A stretch of DNA of 64,000 nt. Source: an uncultured virus (IMG/VR IMGVR_UViG_3300044542_000402) (lineage: Duplodnaviria; Heunggongvirae; Uroviricota; Caudoviricetes; Herelleviridae). Location of the stretch: the IMG/VR virus record IMGVR_UViG_3300044542_000402; one strand, given 5' to 3'. The notes under the pieces are model-generated. The model was not told the origin of the DNA and did no database searches. It was given only the letters and a program-made list of their open reading frames with translations. Every line of letters begins with the position of its first letter. The stretch's first letter is position 1. A program made the position numbers and the translations under genes. Shown piece by piece: positions 1 through 9,183 of this stretch.

Positions 1-2
1 CC

Positions 3-1307
3 CGCTACGAGGAGCTGAACCGGGTCCACGTCTCCGACCTGTGGTGCTCCAAGATCAGTCAGGCCGGGCTGCTGGGCACCCACTCGGTGGTCCACATCGT
101 GCTCGACGGGGCCGATCTGGATCAGCTGGGGCCCCGGTTCGACCGGCTCACCGCACGGGTCGATCTGGGACGCGGCGATGTCAACATGTTCGAGATGTTC
201 GGCGATGTCGATGACGAGCTGGCGATCTACTCCACTCAGATGGAGAAGCTCAAGCTGATGTTCAACCAGCTCTACGAGTCCAGCGACGGCGCGGTGGCCT
301 CCATCGTCGACTCGGCTCTGGAGCGCACGCTCACCGATTTCTACGTCGATCAGCGGATGTGGGTCCCCAACGCCAAGGCCCATCGCGACAAGTTGCGCGT
401 GGTGGGCATCCCCCACGAGCAGGTGCCCCGCCTGCAGATGTTCCAGTCCTACCTGGACACCCGCTTCAAGGCCCTGTCGTCGAACTCCAGGTCGGCCTAC
501 CAGGATCAGATCCGGGCCTACGACGTGCTGCGCGGCATCGCCCGCAGCATGCTCTCCACCAACGGCGACCTGTTCAACAACTTCACCGCCGACGCCGTCG
601 ACGGGGTGCGCGACTCCCGTCGCGTCGTCTACGACCTGTCGCGGCTCATGCGACGGGGCCGGGGCGTGGCGATGGCCCAGCTCGTCAATGTGCTGGGCTT
701 CGCCGTGGGCAAGCTGGGGCGCGGCGACATGGTCATCATCCACGGCACCGAGCACGTCGACGACCGGGTCAAGGACTACATGCGGACCCAGTTCGAGGCG
801 CTGGCCGATCGCGGAGGACGGGTCGTCTACTCCTACAACAAGATCGACGCGATGATCGCCGACCGGGACTTCAACACCTTCGACGCGGCCGACTACACCG
901 TTCTCGGCCCCATGCGCGACAAGACGGTCGAGGACTATCAGACGGCCCTGGTCCAGAAGATCGCCCCGGATCTCAAGATCGCCATCACCCAGCGCAGCGT
1001 TCCGATCTCGTATGTGCGGCGGGGCTTCACGAACGTGGTCTTCCGGTGGGACCTGGCCCTGGGCATCAATCCGGCCCGGGAGGCCGAGCGCCGCGAGATC
1101 CGGTTCCAGGCCGCGCGCGCCGAGACCGAGCGGCATTTCGCCGATCTGGCCGAGGCCGACCCGCAGACCGGGGCGGGCCCGGCCGGCGGCCGGACCACGC
1201 TGAGGCGCGGCCGGCCGAAGAAGTCGCGGGCGCGTCTGACGGCGCGCGCACAGCAGCGATCCGGGGCCGAGGGCTCTGTGGACGAGCAGAAGGAGAACAG
1301 CCGATGA
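3..1307 (+). CDS. VirB4-like conjugation ATPase-fold protein, 5'-truncated by window, degenerate Walker motifs
   Basis: Frame open from base 3; VirB4/TraC-like segments DVNMFEMF, GDLFNNFT, RVVYDLSRL, MVIIHGTEH; ATGA overlap with next gene. Confidence 0.55.
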   Translation, partial: RYEELNRVHVSDLWCSKISQAGLLGTHSVVHIVLDGADLDQLGPRFDRLTARVDLGRGDVNMFEMFGDVDDELAIYSTQMEKLKLMFNQLYESSDGAVASIVDSALERTLTDFYVDQRMWVPNAKAHRDKLRVVGIPHEQVPRLQMFQSYLDTRFKALSSNSRSAYQDQIRAYDVLRGIARSMLSTNGDLFNNFTADAVDGVRDSRRVVYDLSRLMRRGRGVAMAQLVNVLGFAVGKLGRGDMVIIHGTEHVDDRVKDYMRTQFEALADRGGRVVYSYNKIDAMIADRDFNTFDAADYTVLGPMRDKTVEDYQTALVQKIAPDLKIAITQRSVPISYVRRGFTNVVFRWDLALGINPAREAERREIRFQAARAETERHFADLAEADPQTGAGPAGGRTTLRRGRPKKSRARLTARAQQRSGAEGSVDEQKENSR

Positions 1308-4300
1308 GCACGGTGAACGTGCAGGTCTCGCGCCGGTTCGTCGAACGGCACCGGTGGACCCGGATCACCGGGCTGGCGATCGTCGTGGTGATGATCGTCA
1401 CGGCCCTGGCCGCGGTGCTGGCACCGACGGCCCATGCCGACGACGGGGACGACTTCAGCCTGTACAAGGTGGCGTCCAGTGCCGCCAGCTACTTCAGCGA
1501 TCGGATCACTCCTGACAAGGGCGGTACGATTCCCGGTCTGGAGAACGATTGGCAGGGTATCGGCGACAGCACCTCATCGGGTGGTTCCCTGCTCGGCTAT
1601 GCCGACCAGTCCATCACCAAGGGCTTCAACAAGTGGTTCCAGTCCAACGTCTCCGGTTCCGCGCAGACCATCCAGTACAGCGCGCTGAAGAGCCTGGGCA
1701 GCCATTCCGCCGGTCCGTTGAAGTTCGCCCGCTTCGGGGCCGCCAATGCCGATCTGGGTCTGGACTCGATGCACTCGGGATTCGGCGGGGCCTCGGTCTT
1801 CCACCTCCTTGGCGGCGGGCTCATGCTCATCGTCTACCTGCTGAGCTACGCGGCGTCGTGGATCATGGGCCTGGTCATCCGGCTCCTCCAGCTGCTCAAC
1901 CCGTTCGCATGGTTCCGCACCGGGATTGAGAACACCACGTTCGCCTCGGCGCTGTCCGGCGACACGAAGGTGCCCGGGGTGCTCGGCGGGGCCGTCGGCT
2001 TCATCGGCAACATCTACCGGACCATCACCGACCTGTCGTGGTCGGTCCTCGTACCGGTCTTCCTGGGCGTTCTCATCGTGGGCGTGTTCCTGTTCAAGGA
2101 CAAGCGCGGGTCCCGGATCAAGAACTTCATCATCCGGATCCTGTTCATCGCGCTCGGCGTCCCGCTCATCGGCGGGACGTACACCTCGATCCTCGACCAG
2201 TTCGGAACGGACCTGTCCACCGGTACGAACGGGCCGACCAAGACCGTGCTGTCGACCTATGTCGATTTCGGCCAGTGGATGACCCAGGACCGGCTCGCGG
2301 TGCCGTCCAAGGCTGAGATCTCGTGGGACGCCGATTCCAACCACGCCACCGCCAAGTCGCAGATGCAGGTGCGCAACACCGCGCTGGCCATCAACGTGCA
2401 GTCGTACAGGGGCGCTCTGGACAAGAGCATCCAGGCGGGATCCGCCGATGATACCGCCAAGTCGGCGTGGGCGCAGGGCAATCCCGACGGCTCCGGGGGC
2501 ACCGCCACCAGCGGTCAGTCCATACGGACCGTCACCGGGATGCTGGGCCGCTATATCAAGTCCACGTCCATCAACGCCAGTGATTTCGAGACGGGCATCA
2601 AGAATGCCATCGCCACGACGAAGGTGAACGCTGATCCCAAGAAGGACTGGTTCAAGGATCAGGACGGCAAGGCTGAACCGTCGAAGAATCCGCTCATCTC
2701 GGTGAAGACGGGAACGGGCCTGGCCGGGGCCACGGACGGGGAGACCACCCGGTTCACCACCAATGCCTCGGCCCTCGGTTGCAACTACCGCGTCTCGGAC
2801 AACGGCGACCGCGTCTCGGACAACGAAGGCGCTCCTTCCAACTGCAACCTGGCACCACTGGCCGCCTACAACTATCTCAACAGCTCCTTCGACTCCACGA
2901 GCATGCAGACATTCAGTTCCAACAAGGTGGCCAGTTCCGTCTCCCGCCAGTCCCACAACGCGGTCTCCCAGGTCGGCACCGGTCCCACCGCGTTCCTCTA
3001 CTGGGCCAACGCCATCGCGATGCTCGGCTCCATCGCCGTCATCGGGTTCACCTACGCCCTGGCCATGCTCGTCGGGGTGCTCAAGCGGGGCTTCGCCTCC
3101 ATCGGGGCCGTCCCGCTGGCCGCCCTGGGATCGCTGAGGTCCATCGGCAAGGTCCTGGTCTATGGCATCGTCATGATCGGCGAGGTCATCATGACCGTGT
3201 TCCTGTACCAGCTGGTGAGTATGTTCATCACCAGCGTTCCCGGCATCATCGAGGGGCCGTTCGCCAGCTTCGTCACCGGATCCGGCGTGGGTGCCACCGC
3301 AGGGACGGCGCTGAGCGTGACCGTGACGATCGTCTCCATCCTGCTCATCGCCGGCGTCACCATCGCCCTGCTGAGGATGCGCGAGATGATCCTCAAGGGC
3401 ATCGACGAGGGATCCACCAGGATCGTCGACGGCATCCTCGGGCCCACCACCCCCGACGCCCAGACCGCGGGGCGACTGGCCGCCATGAGCACCGGTGCCG
3501 GAGGCTCCGGTGCCGGGTCGACCGCCGCCCGGATGGCCTCCGGGGCCGGGCGGGGCATGAGGGACAACGCCATCCACGGTGCGATCGCCGGCGCTGCCGG
3601 TGCCATCGGCCGTGATGCCGTCGAGAGCCATGACGGGCACGATGACGATGACGTGTCCGCAGGCGGGCTGGACGGCAGTACCGGCGCGAGCACCAGCACG
3701 TCCATCGACGCGTCCACCTCGTCCGCCGACGCGCCCGATGCCGACGCATCCGCCGTCGATGGCGCGCTGGGAACCGACAGCACGCCCGGTGCCGATGGCA
3801 CGCCCGGAACCAATGGCCGCAACGGCCAGTTGCCCGACACCGGGACGTCGGTGTCGGCACCCGGGTCGGTGACCGCCGGTTCCGACAAGGACGATCAGGC
3901 GCTGGCCAAGCGGGTCGAGAAGCAGGGCGGGCTCACTGACTCCGGGAAGGCCTCCACCCGCACCGGTGAACTGCGCGGCGGGCGGTCGGCCGAGACTCCT
4001 CGGCACCCGAGGGCCACCCGGGTCGCCAATGCCACCAAGGGTGCACTGGCCGGCGGGCTGGCGGGAGCCGGCGTGGGCGCTGTCAAGGGCGCGGCCGACG
4101 AGTTCAGGCACCGCAAGGAGGATCCTAAGAACCGGAACACCGCGTTCGGCGGCCTCGGGCGGGAGTCCCAGGAGTCCCGTCAGAAGGTCCGGAACGCCGC
4201 CACGGCCGCCGGAGCTGCCGCCGGTGCCGGGGTGCGGTCCAGGTCGGACGCCAGGACGATCGACCGGGCCCAGAAGAAGGCCGGTCCGACGCCCGCGGCG

Positions 4301-4525
4301 AGGAGGACCGCCACCCGGAACCAACCGAGCAGCAGGCCCGGTCCCGCACCGAGGCACAGTTCCACCAACCCCGGTGCCACTCCGGCCCGGCCCTCGATGC
4401 CGGCACCGCGCCACAGCGCGCCCGATCCGGAGCCCAGGTCGGCCCAGGGTACGGCCGGCACCGCGCCGAAGCTGAAGCCCGCCGACAGGCCTGCGCCCGG
4501 TGGGCCGAGGCCCGAACAGAAGTGA
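1304..4525 (+). CDS. VirB6/TrbL-like polytopic membrane protein (1073 aa)
   Basis: ATG 1304 with AGGAG RBS; signal/TM helix, two multi-TM clusters, long G/A/D-rich low-complexity C-tail. Confidence 0.65.
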   Translation: MSTVNVQVSRRFVERHRWTRITGLAIVVVMIVTALAAVLAPTAHADDGDDFSLYKVASSAASYFSDRITPDKGGTIPGLENDWQGIGDSTSSGGSLLGYADQSITKGFNKWFQSNVSGSAQTIQYSALKSLGSHSAGPLKFARFGAANADLGLDSMHSGFGGASVFHLLGGGLMLIVYLLSYAASWIMGLVIRLLQLLNPFAWFRTGIENTTFASALSGDTKVPGVLGGAVGFIGNIYRTITDLSWSVLVPVFLGVLIVGVFLFKDKRGSRIKNFIIRILFIALGVPLIGGTYTSILDQFGTDLSTGTNGPTKTVLSTYVDFGQWMTQDRLAVPSKAEISWDADSNHATAKSQMQVRNTALAINVQSYRGALDKSIQAGSADDTAKSAWAQGNPDGSGGTATSGQSIRTVTGMLGRYIKSTSINASDFETGIKNAIATTKVNADPKKDWFKDQDGKAEPSKNPLISVKTGTGLAGATDGETTRFTTNASALGCNYRVSDNGDRVSDNEGAPSNCNLAPLAAYNYLNSSFDSTSMQTFSSNKVASSVSRQSHNAVSQVGTGPTAFLYWANAIAMLGSIAVIGFTYALAMLVGVLKRGFASIGAVPLAALGSLRSIGKVLVYGIVMIGEVIMTVFLYQLVSMFITSVPGIIEGPFASFVTGSGVGATAGTALSVTVTIVSILLIAGVTIALLRMREMILKGIDEGSTRIVDGILGPTTPDAQTAGRLAAMSTGAGGSGAGSTAARMASGAGRGMRDNAIHGAIAGAAGAIGRDAVESHDGHDDDDVSAGGLDGSTGASTSTSIDASTSSADAPDADASAVDGALGTDSTPGADGTPGTNGRNGQLPDTGTSVSAPGSVTAGSDKDDQALAKRVEKQGGLTDSGKASTRTGELRGGRSAETPRHPRATRVANATKGALAGGLAGAGVGAVKGAADEFRHRKEDPKNRNTAFGGLGRESQESRQKVRNAATAAGAAAGAGVRSRSDARTIDRAQKKAGPTPAARRTATRNQPSSRPGPAPRHSSTNPGATPARPSMPAPRHSAPDPEPRSAQGTAGTAPKLKPADRPAPGGPRPEQK

Positions 4526-4534
4526 GGAGAGACG

Positions 4535-4569
4535 CACCGCCCCCGCAGTCATCGACTGCGGGGGCGGTG
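4535..4569. terminator. Bidirectional terminator hairpin
   Basis: 16-bp perfect stem CACCGCCCCCGCAGTC-ATC-GACTGCGGGGGCGGTG between convergent genes. Confidence 0.8.
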
Positions 4570-4593
4570 TCTGTGGTGCGAGGACGTTGGGGA

Positions 4594-5445
4594 TCAGCTG
4601 TTGGAACCCGAGGGGCTGGCGGTCCAGTGGCCGTCGGCCGAGACGTCGACCTCCTGGACGGAGCCCTTGAGGTACATCTCACCGTTGTTGTCCTTGGCCG
4701 CTGTCAGACCGGCCTCGGCGGAGAATCCATGAGCATCTGTGCCAGGCACATAGCCGGGATGTTGCGGATCGACGAATTGAAGATTGGCGAGAACCTTGTT
4801 GCTCTCGTACGACCCTATATCATCCGTGTCGGTGCAGTCGGACACGATCGTGGCTGTGGAGAAATCCTTGGTCATGTAAATCGTGTCGCTCTTGAGCGCA
4901 CTGTCCGACGGTACGTTGTTCACGACATCGGCATCGGCGTGCCGTGCGGGGTCTGAACCGTTCTGGCCAATACTTGTCACAGTGTTGGCCAGCACCCGTG
5001 ACACCACATCTCCGTAGTAATCCTCATTCGTCTCCGCCGGGCCCCTCTGCTTCAGCCTCGCCAGACCGCCCGGCGCGTAGGAGATCTTCGCATCGACGCG
5101 GCACTGACCTGATGGGAGGCTCTTCACCGAGACCGTATAGTGATCCACGGCGATCCTGGTGGACGCCGGCAGGGCCTTCTTCAGCTCCGGCGACAGGCGG
5201 ACCTCCACCGGCCCCGTCTTGAACTTCTGCACCGGCTTGTCGTCGGAACTGCCGGAGCCCGACCCCACGACGGCCTTCTGGTCGTCGAACTGGTAGATCT
5301 GGGTGGCCGGCATTCCTCCGGTGCTGGAGTCCGCCGAGGACCTCGTGCCGGTCGTTCCACCTCCGGAGCAGGCCGTGGCCGTCAGGGTCGCCGCCAGCGC
5401 CAGGCCGACGGCCACACCCCTCTTCGTCGCTGTCGAGATGATCAT
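4594..5445 (-). CDS. Lipoprotein of unknown function (283 aa)
   Basis: ATG 5445 with AAGGAC RBS; signal peptide ending in lipobox LTATAC-SGGG. Confidence 0.75.
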   Translation of the reverse strand: MIISTATKRGVAVGLALAATLTATACSGGGTTGTRSSADSSTGGMPATQIYQFDDQKAVVGSGSGSSDDKPVQKFKTGPVEVRLSPELKKALPASTRIAVDHYTVSVKSLPSGQCRVDAKISYAPGGLARLKQRGPAETNEDYYGDVVSRVLANTVTSIGQNGSDPARHADADVVNNVPSDSALKSDTIYMTKDFSTATIVSDCTDTDDIGSYESNKVLANLQFVDPQHPGYVPGTDAHGFSAEAGLTAAKDNNGEMYLKGSVQEVDVSADGHWTASPSGSNS

Positions 5446-5537
5446 GATGTGTCCTTGTCGATTCGATCGGTGTCCTGTGTACGGTGGTGCCATCCTCGCA
5501 CATTCGGACCGATCGTCGATCGGCGATGCGCTCTGTA

Positions 5538-5579
5538 TGAACAGATGCCACGGATCGGTTGATCCGTGGCATCTGTTCA
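5538..5579. repeat. 19-bp perfect inverted repeat upstream of lipoprotein gene
   Basis: TGAACAGATGCCACGGATC-GGTT-GATCCGTGGCATCTGTTCA. Confidence 0.9.
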
Positions 5580-5856
5580 GGTGATGAGCACATCTTATCA
5601 TGAATCGGTCGTGATGGCCGATCTCGTCATGTGGATTGTCAGTGGATGTCATGGGATGATTCCAGACGCTGAACGCGCCCTGTTTTTCTCACTCGCCCAC
5701 CCGCCCGCTGTCCTGGCAGCGGGCCCTAACCCCGCGCATCACTCGTAGTCATCAGCTGATCGCCCCTGTACGTCGCCGGTTCGATCGTGGCGATCAGATC
5801 GGATCCGGATCATGATGAATGCCACACGCTCCGAATAGGCGCACCCGGGTGCAAGA

Positions 5857-6165
5857 ATGCCCCTCATGACCCGTTATCAGTCCCCTCCCGAGGTCGTCCA
5901 CCACCTCTACCGGCACCCCGGCGATCTGCTGCCGTACTGCGGCACATACCCCGGACGCGACCCCGAGTCCGGCGACTTCGCCATGGGCCATGACCGCGAC
6001 ACGCTGCTGGAGTTCATGGGCGCGGGCATGACGTGCTGCGCCGTGTGTCTGTCGCCGGCCGCTCTGGGCGATGCGCGGACGCTGGGCGAGGTGCCGGCCT
6101 TCGACGACGAGTTCATCGATGTCGACGACGAGGAGGAGTGGGCCCGGTACCATCAGGGCGGTTGA
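5857..6165 (+). CDS. Small acidic Cys-containing hypothetical protein
   Basis: Codon usage like neighbours; C...CCAVC motif; its 3' end recurs twice downstream. Confidence 0.55.
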   Translation: MPLMTRYQSPPEVVHHLYRHPGDLLPYCGTYPGRDPESGDFAMGHDRDTLLEFMGAGMTCCAVCLSPAALGDARTLGEVPAFDDEFIDVDDEEEWARYHQGG

Positions 6166-6166
6166 T
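6070..6166 (+). repeat. Imperfect direct repeat copy A (97 bp)
   Basis: GATGCGCGGACGCTGGGCGAGG...GACGACGAGGAGGAGTGGGCCCGGTACCATCAGGGCGGTTGAT. Confidence 0.9.
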
Positions 6167-6492
6167 CAGGCGTGGGCCAGTCGCTGGGAGATGAGCCGGT
6201 TGAGCGAGATCTTCTGTTCTGCCGCGTCGATGGCCAGTGCGCGGTGCAGTTCCGGTGGGATCCGCAGCGAGATCGTTCCGGAGTAGTGGTGGTCGGCCAT
6301 CGGTGCAGGTACCGGTTCTCCGGTGGCGCGCAGGTCGTCGAGGACCTCGCAGACCAGCGACACAATCCCGTCGATCGCCTGTTGGCGGTCCTCGTCGAGC
6401 CACGACAAGGATCCGAACTCGGCGACGGTGGCGACATAGGCCTGGTCCTCGTCTGACCAACGGACCCGGTAGGTGTAGTGATCGGCGTTCAT
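6166..6492 (-). CDS. hicB: HicB family antitoxin
   Basis: YTYRVRWSDEDQAYVATVAEFGSLSW and YSGTISLRIPPELHRALAIDAAEQKISLN (RHH); ATGA-coupled to hicA. Confidence 0.9.
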   Translation of the reverse strand: MNADHYTYRVRWSDEDQAYVATVAEFGSLSWLDEDRQQAIDGIVSLVCEVLDDLRATGEPVPAPMADHHYSGTISLRIPPELHRALAIDAAEQKISLNRLISQRLAHA

Positions 6493-6746
6493 GACGACTC
6501 CTCCTTCAGTCGCTCGATGGCGGCCAGGACCTGGCGTACTTGGTAGGGCTTGGCCGCGCCGTGGCTGTTCTGGATGTTGACCCGAGGGTCTCCCGGCCAG
6601 GGTGTCCGGTAGACCCGGTGGGAGGATCCGGACTGTCTCGGCGGTCCGAAGAAGTGATCGCACACTCTCGCAAGGTCGTCGAACCGGACCCCCGCCGGAT
6701 TGCGGCGCATCCGGGCCAGGATCTTCTCCGGATCGGAACCTCCCAT
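6489..6746 (-). CDS. hicA: HicA family toxin
   Basis: NPAGVRFDDL, GSSHRVY, AKPYQVRQV motifs. Confidence 0.9.
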   Translation of the reverse strand: MGGSDPEKILARMRRNPAGVRFDDLARVCDHFFGPPRQSGSSHRVYRTPWPGDPRVNIQNSHGAAKPYQVRQVLAAIERLKEESS

Positions 6747-6783
6747 GGAAGTATAGTACCACTATTGATACTGCTTACGGACT

Positions 6784-6880
6784 GACGCGCGGACGCTGGG
6801 CGAGGCGTCCGCCTTCGATGATGAGCTCATCGCCACCGACGACGAGGAGGAGTGGGCCCGCTACCACCAGGGCGGTTGAT
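6784..6880 (+). repeat. Imperfect direct repeat copy B (97 bp)
   Basis: Colinear, ungapped match to 6070-6166, ending CAGGGCGGTTGAT. Confidence 0.9.
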
Positions 6881-6905
6881 ATAATCCCGGTGTTATAATT
6901 GCTCT

Positions 6906-7232
6906 GTGTGGACCGTTACCCGTCATCCGGACGCCGACTCGGAGTTCAAGGCTCTCGGTCCACGCGACGCCGTTGCCGTCACCAACGCCGTTCGGAAGCT
7001 GCAGGCCCTCGGGCCAGGGCTCAGTTATCCCTACAGCAGCGACATCCGGGGTGCTGATCGGCTGCGGGAGCTCAGGCCGCGTGCCGGCAGAAGTACGATA
7101 CGAGTCTTCTACAGGCAGGTCGGGGCAACCTTCGTCATCGGGGCTTTCGGCCCTGAGGCCGGGTACGACCCCACAGGTTTCACGAAGGCCTGCCGGGCGG
7201 CGGAACGACGATTGAACAGGATGGAGGGTTGA
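6906..7232 (+). CDS. RelE/HigB (Gp49-like) toxin
   Basis: GPGLSYPYSSDIRGADRLRELRPRAGRSTIRVFY; TATAAT just upstream of start (possibly leaderless). Confidence 0.85.
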   Translation: MWTVTRHPDADSEFKALGPRDAVAVTNAVRKLQALGPGLSYPYSSDIRGADRLRELRPRAGRSTIRVFYRQVGATFVIGAFGPEAGYDPTGFTKACRAAERRLNRMEG

Positions 7233-7558
7233 TTCACATGAAGGTTTCCGAGTTGACGTCATTCGACCAGATGGAGCATGAGCGCTACGAGAGCGACCCG
7301 GCCTATGCGGCCGAGGCCGACCGGCTGGCGCTGGCCGACGCGGTCTCAGTCGCCGTTCTGGTCTACCGCACCGACCACGGGCTCACCCAGACCGCATTCG
7401 GCCGCCGGCTCGGCATGAAGCAGCCGCAGGTGGCCCGTCTGGAGCGTGGTGACACGCCGCCGTCGGTGGAGACGCTGCAGAGGCTGGCGTCCGCCGGTGT
7501 TCTGGAGGTCACCATCGCCGCCAGCGGCACGACGGTGCGCGAACTGGCAACTGCTTGA
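7229..7558 (+). CDS. XRE-HTH antitoxin (HigA-like)
   Basis: GLTQTAFGRRLGMKQPQVARLERG HTH; overlaps toxin stop. Confidence 0.85.
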   Translation: MIHMKVSELTSFDQMEHERYESDPAYAAEADRLALADAVSVAVLVYRTDHGLTQTAFGRRLGMKQPQVARLERGDTPPSVETLQRLASAGVLEVTIAASGTTVRELATA

Positions 7559-7564
7559 CCGAGT

Positions 7565-7666
7565 TGCTGCGCCGTCTGCAGTCGCCGGCCGTCCTGGGTG
7601 GCTGGACGTTGGGCGACGGCCCCGCTGTCGACGACGAGTTCATCGACACCGACGACGAGGAGGAGG
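7565..7666 (+). repeat. Imperfect direct repeat copy C (frameshifted remnant of 5857-6165 gene)
   Basis: TGCTGCGCCGTCTGCAGTCGCCGGCC...GACGACGAGTTCATCGACACCGACGACGAGGAGGAG matches 6034-6138 with small deletions. Confidence 0.8.
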
Positions 7667-8116
7667 CGGGGCGGTCGAGCACGGTGCGCAGCAGATCGTC
7701 GCACAGCTTCACGATCTGCCGTGGATTCATCCGGGCGCTCGCCGATCCGGACCGGTCATCAATGGACAGCACAATGGCATCGCCGTCGCGGTGCATCCGT
7801 ATTCGGCTCATCATCATCCTGTATCGTCGGCAATTGGATTCTGATCAGTATTATGCCCGGTGGATCGTGACGAGGCTGGGCGGACCGGAGAGCGAGAGGT
7901 TCGTCGGAGATGTCAAGACCTTGCGGCGATATCGAACGAATTTGCGACACGTGCGGCCAGACGTGCAGGGATTGGCCAACCGGTGGAAATGTTCGTTAGC
8001 ACGGATCGACTTCCAGTGGTCGGCTTCCGTGCGGTTCGCGTTCGGCGATCCGGCTTCCGACCGGTCGGATTCCGTCATGTCTGATTATCGCCGGTTGAGA
8101 CGGTAGACTCCATCTC

Positions 8117-9109
8117 ATGGATGAGATGGAGCGGGTCACAGGGTCCGACGCCCCTTACGACCTCGCACGACTCGACCGGCTGGAGGCCGAACGGGTCGTC
8201 GGGGCCATCGTCGACTCGAAGGCGGTTTCGACCCGGCGGGCCTACGCCGCCAAGTGGCACGAGTGGGTGAGGTGGTGCGCCGACCATGACCGGATCGTGA
8301 TGCCGGCCGAGCCGTCGACGGTGGCCGCCTGGTTCACTGAGCTGGCCGACGCCGGTCGCAGCGTCTCGACGATCAACATCGCCGCGGCCGCGTTGCGCGC
8401 CCGTCACGAGATGATCGGGTACCCCGACCCGACGGCCGCCGCGGTGGTCCGGCGCACCCGGGCCGGGCTCACCCGGCGGCTGGGGATCGCGCCCCGGCAC
8501 CAGGCCCACCCCCTGTCGGTGATCGAGCTGCGCCGGATGGTCGAGACCTGCCGCGCCGACGGTGTGCGCGGCGCGCGGGACCGGGCGCTGCTGCTCGTCG
8601 GCTATGCCGCCGCCCTGCGCCGCAGTGAGATCGCCGCGCTGCGCGTGGAGCACCTCACCCGCCTCGACGGTGGGGTCGTGGTCCACCTCCCCCGCTCGAA
8701 GTCCGACCAGGAGGGGCGCGGCGTTGACATCGGTGTGGCCCGCGGCGAGCACACCGACACCTGCCCGGTCACTGCGCTGGCGGCCTGGACCGATCTGCTG
8801 GGCGAGACCAGCGGCCCCCTGTTCCCCCGGATCAACCGGTACAACACCCTGCCCCTGACGCCCCGGCCCATCACCGGGGCCACCGTCGACCAGATCATCA
8901 AGCGCCGGGCCGATGCCGCCGGGCTGAGCGATCTGGCGATCTCGGGGCACTCGCTGCGCGCAGGCCACGCCACCACGGCCGCAGAGCACGGTGTCGATGC
9001 CTCCCGGATTGCCCGGACCACCCGCCACGCCCGCCTGGAGACCCTGGCGCGCTATGTCCGTCCCGCCGAGGTACTGGCCGACACGACGAGCCGGGATCTC
9101 GGGCTGTAG
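8117..9109 (+). CDS. Cre/Xer-like tyrosine recombinase (no arm-binding domain)
   Basis: RDRALLLVGYAAALRRSEI, KSDQEGRG, GHSLRAGHAT, RHARLETLARY catalytic R-K-H-R-H-Y set. Confidence 0.92.
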   Translation: MDEMERVTGSDAPYDLARLDRLEAERVVGAIVDSKAVSTRRAYAAKWHEWVRWCADHDRIVMPAEPSTVAAWFTELADAGRSVSTINIAAAALRARHEMIGYPDPTAAAVVRRTRAGLTRRLGIAPRHQAHPLSVIELRRMVETCRADGVRGARDRALLLVGYAAALRRSEIAALRVEHLTRLDGGVVVHLPRSKSDQEGRGVDIGVARGEHTDTCPVTALAAWTDLLGETSGPLFPRINRYNTLPLTPRPITGATVDQIIKRRADAAGLSDLAISGHSLRAGHATTAAEHGVDASRIARTTRHARLETLARYVRPAEVLADTTSRDLGL

Positions 9110-9183
9110 CGGCGGATCGGCCCGATGCTGACAACAGCCTCGTTTACGAGGCTGTTGTTGGTAATGTCCCGCGTGGATCGATC

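Noticed and set aside
359..1303. Upstream ORF extensions (starts 359, 24563, 50445, 53705, 54835)
   Set aside because: They overlap real genes in another frame; downstream starts have RBS or stop-start coupling
2787..2825. 18-bp direct repeat with 21-bp period in virB6-like gene
   Set aside because: Simple in-frame duplication (RVSDNGDRVSDNEG)
6070..7666. Repeats as a CRISPR array or classical attC sites
   Set aside because: About 100 bp, gene-derived, non-palindromic, separated by gene-sized inserts
7509..7817. Small - strand ORF MSRIRMHRDG...
   Set aside because: Runs into repeat C and the antitoxin; may be a truncated gene, insufficient support
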